NCBI GenBank assembly: GCA_029260905.1
Contig: JAJDCH010000003.1
Coordinates: forward strand, 1,553 to 65,552
Length of the DNA stretch: 64,000 bases
Direction: 5' to 3'
Origin: Candidatus Levyibacteriota bacterium
GTDB lineage: Bacteria > Patescibacteriota > Microgenomatia > Levybacterales > UBA12049
The translations under genes and the position numbers were made by a program. Below, one piece after another: positions 59,498-64,000 of this stretch. The notes beneath the pieces are model-generated. The model was not told where the DNA came from. It was given only the letters and a program-made list of their open reading frames with translations, and ran no database searches. The first letter of the stretch is position 1, and the number at the start of each line of letters is the position of its first letter.

Positions 59498-59970
59498 AAG
59501 TCTCCTCCTAGGAGTTTAAGAATGTTACTTGTTGATTTGCTTGTTATGCTATCAACAACATCAACAACTTTGCCGCCAACCTTTTTTGCTTGTCTTTCTT
59601 TGTCAGCTCTATTTTTATCTCCTTTTGTAACTGCAAAAATATCAGGCTTTATTGCATTTGCTAGCTTGTCATAGTCTGGATTTTCTGGAAGAAGAATTAC
59701 ATAATCAACCATCTCCAAAGATTCTAAGATTTTTATCCTGTCTAGCTGTTTGTTAATTGGTCTTCCATTTCCTTTTAATTTCCTGATTGCTACATCTGAC
59801 TCGACAAAAACAAAAAGAACATCTCCTGCCTTTTTGGCATTTTCCAGATAAGTGATATGCCCGATGTGTAAGATATCAAAACAACCCCCAGCCAGAACGA
59901 TAGATTTACCCTGTGAGTTTATTTTTTTAGAAACTGTAATTGCTTGGTCTAGAGATAGAGTTTTATTCAT
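59494..59970 (-). CDS. Cytidylyltransferase-like nucleotidyltransferase (RfaE domain II / TagD-like).
   Basis: It has a HIGH-type motif LAGGCFDILHIGH and is 158 aa. Confidence 0.7.
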   Translation of the reverse strand: MNKTLSLDQAITVSKKINSQGKSIVLAGGCFDILHIGHITYLENAKKAGDVLFVFVESDVAIRKLKGNGRPINKQLDRIKILESLEMVDYVILLPENPDYDKLANAIKPDIFAVTKGDKNRADKERQAKKVGGKVVDVVDSITSKSTSNILKLLGGDL

Positions 59971-60044
59971 TATTTAAGTGCTGAGAGCATAAAAGTACAG
60001 TACTAATTGTTTTTATTTCCTGCTTCTTTTTAACACATTTAGGC

Positions 60045-61529
60045 TTACTCTTTTGTTCCTCTTAAGTAAACTGCTTTCCAGGGACGGAAATTGGATGAAA
60101 ATTTGTTGTCTTGTATAATTTCTCCATCTTTTTTGACAATTCTTGTAAAGTAGACACTTGCGCCACTTGCTGCAAAATCAATTTGTTTTATTTCACCTTT
60201 TGGTAGTTCTGGATCATCAATATATTCTGCTTCAGGTGCAGGGGAGGTGCTGAGGATGACTGGATCACTAATAATGACTTCGCGGTTATCGTTGGTTCCG
60301 TAGAGTTCAAAGGTTAGTCGATAGTTGGTCATGTCAGGTATTGCCTGAATTAAAATATGTTTGCCAGTGTCGTTTTTAAATTTGAAATCAACACTAGGTG
60401 TGTAGATAGCTGCATCGATTCCCGGTCCACGGTCTTGTTCGTAATATCCAACCCTGTATGCATGTTGATTGCGCTCAGTTATCGGAAGACCTGCATTAAG
60501 AGCTGCTCTAAAAAGAGTTGTTGATACCTGACAGACACCACCTCCATCACCCAGAATTGTTTTGCCACCGGAAATCACATAAGCTTGCTTATAGCCAGTG
60601 AGACTTGAGATGTCGCCAACAGTTTTATTAAAAGAAAAAGTTTCACCTGGTTCAACCAATGCTCCATTTATTCTTGTTGCTGCGAGATTGATGTTGTATG
60701 CGCGGTTTTCGATAGATCCTGCAAAAGTAGATGTTCCGCTTGCGATGAGCTCTTTTATTCCGTAGTTGTTTATTTTTTCTGTTGATATTTTTGGCTCTTT
60801 TACGATGATTGGTATATCAATTTCTATCTCGTTAGATTTGTTTGAATTTCCTAGTTTTTGTATTTCTGACAAGATTTGCTGTTTTAATTTTTCTTTATCA
60901 ACCCCTCTACCATTTTTAGATAATTTAAATGCTAAAACACGTCCAGATTTGAAGTTAAAAATTCCTTCAATTGGTTCTTCATCAATTTCTTTTGAAGCAT
61001 CAGTTATAAATTGATTTATTTTTTCATCGTCTGTAATATATGCTGGAGGAAGTTTGATTCCACTTATGTATGCTTGAAGAAGTATGCTCATGTCAGAAAG
61101 CGTACTCCCAGAACGGCCTATGCTTTGCGCTTGCTTGGAAAGAAGGACGCCATCATATTTGAAATCAATTTGTTTTGCAGAAAAAGACGCGGTGTAATCA
61201 TCAGATGTCAAAATAAATGCTGATTTTTCAATTAGTTCATTCTTTTCGGCAAAATATTTTCTAATATCTGCTGGATTTTTACCTCCAAAATCTATACCGT
61301 CTATATAGATACCTTCATATATTTTCCCCTCATGTGATGATCGGTAAAACATAAAAAGAAAACTTGAGAAGAAAAAGAGCCCTAAAAAAGCACCAAGAAA
61401 AAACCATAACGATACTTTGGCAACTTTTTTGGTCAAGATTTTCCATGAACTTGAAACAGCTGTGGTGACAGCTGTTATTTCCTTTGGGGTGCTGCTGTCA
61501 ATTGTAGATTTTGTTTTTTTGCGCGCCAT
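60045..61529 (-). CDS. VanW family protein with an N-terminal membrane anchor.
   Basis: It has a TM and a VanW core GGGVCQVSTTLFRAALNAGLPITERNQHAYRVGYY. Confidence 0.75.
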   Translation of the reverse strand: MARKKTKSTIDSSTPKEITAVTTAVSSSWKILTKKVAKVSLWFFLGAFLGLFFFSSFLFMFYRSSHEGKIYEGIYIDGIDFGGKNPADIRKYFAEKNELIEKSAFILTSDDYTASFSAKQIDFKYDGVLLSKQAQSIGRSGSTLSDMSILLQAYISGIKLPPAYITDDEKINQFITDASKEIDEEPIEGIFNFKSGRVLAFKLSKNGRGVDKEKLKQQILSEIQKLGNSNKSNEIEIDIPIIVKEPKISTEKINNYGIKELIASGTSTFAGSIENRAYNINLAATRINGALVEPGETFSFNKTVGDISSLTGYKQAYVISGGKTILGDGGGVCQVSTTLFRAALNAGLPITERNQHAYRVGYYEQDRGPGIDAAIYTPSVDFKFKNDTGKHILIQAIPDMTNYRLTFELYGTNDNREVIISDPVILSTSPAPEAEYIDDPELPKGEIKQIDFAASGASVYFTRIVKKDGEIIQDNKFSSNFRPWKAVYLRGTKE

Positions 61530-61567
61530 TGCTATAGCTTCCTCATAGGTATTATACTATAAATAGT

Positions 61568-63142
61568 ATGATAAGAGATGAGAATGTAGTCTTTGATAAT
61601 CAGAATGATCCAAATCAGCCTCAGCAAGGCGTACAAGTTCCGGCTCAGGGGATTGGTTCAGTTCAGCAACAGGATCCTGCGCAAAATCAATTGCCTGTTG
61701 AGAATCAGCAGCCGGTAGATCAGGCTTTTGGACAGAATTCAGCTCCGATTGATAATCAGAGTCTGCCAACAGAAGGAGCTCCTCCAGCTGAACCGCCAGT
61801 TGATGATCTGTCATCAAGTCCGCCTGGCTTTTTTAATGCTCTTCCACTTAAAAAAATAATAATAGGAGTCGGGGTTTTACTGCTTGTGGTATTTTTAGTC
61901 ATTCTTTTTATGCCAAAAAATAATGAACAAAAAGACGTAACGCTTACATGGTGGGGGCTTTGGGAAGATGAGGCTGTGATGAAGATTCTGACAGATGAGT
62001 TTACAAGAGAAAATCCCAAAATAAAAGTTAATTATGTTCAACAAAACCCGAGGCAATATAGGGAAAGAATTACTGCAAGGATAGGAAATAATAAAACTGA
62101 TGATGTACCTGATGTTTTTGTGTATCACAATTCATGGACGCCAATGTTTTCAAGCATTCTTCTTCCTTTTTCAGAAGATGTCATAACGCCTGAAGAATTT
62201 GAAAAAGCTTATTACCCTGTGATGCAGGATGATTTAGTAAAAAATGGCGCTATTTATGGAATACCACTTGGTGTTGACACGCTTGCTCTTTTTGTAAACA
62301 CTAAATACTTGAAAGATGCAGACATAGATCCTCCCAAGACTTGGGATGATTTTACTGCAGCAACTGTGGGTCTGACTGTTTATGATGAGAGCACGGGAAG
62401 AATAGCAACAGCTGGCGCAGCTCTTGGAACCTACAATAATATTACTCATGCATCTGATATTCTCTCTCTTCTTTTTGTGCAACAGGGGATTGATATGAAA
62501 AATTTTCCGGCATCAGCTGACAGACAGCAACAGGTTTTTGATTTTTATACATCTTTTGCAAAAGGTCAAAAGCCCTCCTGGAACACAACTCTTGATGAGT
62601 CAATCTTGACCTTTTCAAGTGGAAGGCTTGCGATGTTTTTTGGATATTCATGGGATATATTAAGAATAAAAGCATTAAATCCAGATTTGGAATTTAGCAT
62701 ACATCCTGTTCCTTCTCTTCCTGGGGGAGAAAAGGTTGCTTTTGCAAGTTATTGGGCACAAGGTATATCGAGCAAAAGCCCTTATCAAAAGGAAGCGCTA
62801 GTCTTCATGAAATATCTTGCCAAAAAAGAAACAGCTGAAAAGCTTTTTGCTGAAGCAAGTAAGACTAGGGAGTTTGGCCAGCCTTATGCTAGAACAGACC
62901 TTGCTGATACTCTTAAAGAAAATCAACTTCTTTATCCTTTCATATTACAACTTCCATATGCCAAGTCATCGGTTTTTTCTAGTGACACACAAGATGGAGA
63001 AGGTGGCATAAATTCAATAAGTAATACTTATCTTGGTAATGCAGTAAATGCGATTGTTTCTGAAAATGGTTCTATAAAATCTTCAATTAGTACATTAAGT
63101 GATGGAATCAGACAGGTTTACAATAAATATGGCATCCGTTAA
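61568..63142 (+). CDS. Extracellular solute-binding protein (ABC transporter SBP family 1), with an N-terminal Q/P-rich low-complexity region and a TM anchor.
   Basis: It has a Q/P-rich region of about 100 aa, then a TM (IIIGVGVLLLVVFLVILF), then an SBP fold (IYGIPLGVDTLALFVN...). Confidence 0.65.
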   Translation: MIRDENVVFDNQNDPNQPQQGVQVPAQGIGSVQQQDPAQNQLPVENQQPVDQAFGQNSAPIDNQSLPTEGAPPAEPPVDDLSSSPPGFFNALPLKKIIIGVGVLLLVVFLVILFMPKNNEQKDVTLTWWGLWEDEAVMKILTDEFTRENPKIKVNYVQQNPRQYRERITARIGNNKTDDVPDVFVYHNSWTPMFSSILLPFSEDVITPEEFEKAYYPVMQDDLVKNGAIYGIPLGVDTLALFVNTKYLKDADIDPPKTWDDFTAATVGLTVYDESTGRIATAGAALGTYNNITHASDILSLLFVQQGIDMKNFPASADRQQQVFDFYTSFAKGQKPSWNTTLDESILTFSSGRLAMFFGYSWDILRIKALNPDLEFSIHPVPSLPGGEKVAFASYWAQGISSKSPYQKEALVFMKYLAKKETAEKLFAEASKTREFGQPYARTDLADTLKENQLLYPFILQLPYAKSSVFSSDTQDGEGGINSISNTYLGNAVNAIVSENGSIKSSISTLSDGIRQVYNKYGIR

Positions 63143-64000
63143 TTTAAATCAGGTTGATTTATCAGTTCTAAAAACTCTTCTTTATAGTGATATTTTTGAT
63201 TTTCCTCTGACACGTGGAGAATTGTGGCACTATTTGATTAGTAAAAAAAGAATTAGTAAGAAATCATTTGAGCATTCACTAAATCGGCTCAAAAAAATTA
63301 TTAAGCAAAAAAATGGATATTTTTACTTTAAAGAAAGAGAAGATATTGTTCTAAGACGTCTAAAAAGCTCAGTTATTTTTGAGAAAAAGATGAATATTGC
63401 AAAAAATGCTGCATCATATCTGTCAAAAATTCCAGGAATAAAATTGATTGGAATAAGTGGATCATTGGCTGTGGGAGATGGAGATAAAAACGATGATATA
63501 GATTTTTTTATCATTACAAAAAGAGGGGAGCTTTTGGTTACGCGTTTTGCGATTTTAGTAACACTTCAGCTACTTGGGCTTCGCAGAAAAAGACAGGACA
63601 AAAATCCAGCAGATAAGATATGTGTAAATTTATTGATTGATGAGGCACGACTTTCATGGGATAAAAAGAAACAGGATTTTTATGTTGCGCGTGAAATTGC
63701 ACAACTTAAGCCAATTTTTGATAGAGATAATACTTATAAAAATTTTTTAAGTGCTAATCAGTGGGCGGCTGAATTTCTACCAAATATTCAAGGTATAAAT
63801 TTTCAAAATGGTTTTTTGCCTGAGCGAAATTTTTATCCACTTAAAATTATTGGATTTTTATTAAAATTTAGTCCTTTTGCTTTTTTTGTAAAACTTGTTC
63901 AATTATTTTTAATAAAAATACATAGAACCAATGAATTAATCGGAAAGGAGATTTTGGCTTTTCATCCACTTGATTATAGGTCGATAACGCTTTCAAAAAT
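63129..64000 (+). CDS. Nucleotidyltransferase-domain protein (Pol-beta superfamily). It is truncated at the window end.
   Basis: The open frame starts at ATG 63129 and runs to the window end with no stop. It carries a GISGSLAVGDGDKNDDIDFFII (GS...D.D) NTase motif. Confidence 0.5.
   Translation, partial: MASVNLNQVDLSVLKTLLYSDIFDFPLTRGELWHYLISKKRISKKSFEHSLNRLKKIIKQKNGYFYFKEREDIVLRRLKSSVIFEKKMNIAKNAASYLSKIPGIKLIGISGSLAVGDGDKNDDIDFFIITKRGELLVTRFAILVTLQLLGLRRKRQDKNPADKICVNLLIDEARLSWDKKKQDFYVAREIAQLKPIFDRDNTYKNFLSANQWAAEFLPNIQGINFQNGFLPERNFYPLKIIGFLLKFSPFAFFVKLVQLFLIKIHRTNELIGKEILAFHPLDYRSITLSK

Noticed and set aside
63323-63514. Minus-strand 63 aa ORF.
   Set aside because: It is antisense to the nucleotidyltransferase-domain ORF that runs to the window end. 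It has no motif.
1-64000. CRISPR arrays, IS elements, integrases, transposases.
   Set aside because: There is no regularly spaced repeat-spacer architecture and no transposase or integrase-like ORF. The only tandem repeats are short (a 7-8 bp unit in two or more copies) or lie inside coding sequence.

Overview
This 64 kb window is AT-rich (roughly 35-40% GC), tightly packed, and reads with the standard genetic code (no in-frame TGA in conserved genes). The gene content resembles a small-genome Patescibacteria/CPR-like bacterium. That placement is an inference from gene content, for example the absence of an rpmD (ribosomal protein L30) gene and the presence of GT39-like membrane glycosyltransferases and PilN/PilO. 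Bases 1-8.3 kb (minus strand) carry a cell-surface block. It holds an NAD-dependent epimerase (3' end truncated), two tandem GT-C/PMT-like membrane glycosyltransferases, an amine-oxidase-like flavoprotein, a Pro/Thr/Ser-rich membrane-anchored surface protein, a small membrane protein, and PilO and PilN. fusA is at 8473-10602, and tuf is at 15604-16785. They are separated by about 5 kb of unrelated genes. These are a frameshifted gene remnant, a TraX-family membrane protein, a membrane-anchored GH18-like protein, a small membrane protein, and a divergently oriented 722 aa membrane-anchored beta-propeller protein. A nearly canonical S10-spc-alpha ribosomal cluster runs from 16850 to 33985. Its order is rpsJ, rplC, D, W, B, rpsS, rplV, rpsC, rplP, rpmC, rpsQ, rplN, X, E, rpsN, rpsH, rplF, R, rpsE, rplO, secY, adk, cmk, map, infA, rpmJ, rpsM, K, D, rpoA, rplQ, rplM, rpsI. 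The region from 34 to 49 kb carries mixed housekeeping and hypothetical genes. These include an MBL-fold hydrolase, metK, two FKBP PPIases, a PolB-exo-like 3'-5' exonuclease, dus, a DUF378 protein, an HExxH membrane protein, a cohesin-like secreted protein, a PfkB kinase, ahcY, recA, tRNA-Pro(GGG), a DUF1653 protein, recX, an RNase Y-like gene and hup. An RNase P RNA (rnpB) lies on the minus strand at about 49142-49500. The last 15 kb encodes a VWA membrane protein, a 986 aa UvrD-type helicase fused to a Cas4/AddB-type Fe-S nuclease, an FNR-like reductase with a DAO-family flavoprotein, an EamA transporter, and rmuC. It also holds a translationally coupled tsaD, hydrolase, DUF192 and cytidylyltransferase operon, a VanW protein, a solute-binding protein, and a nucleotidyltransferase truncated at the window edge. 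I found no CRISPR array, transposase or integrase.
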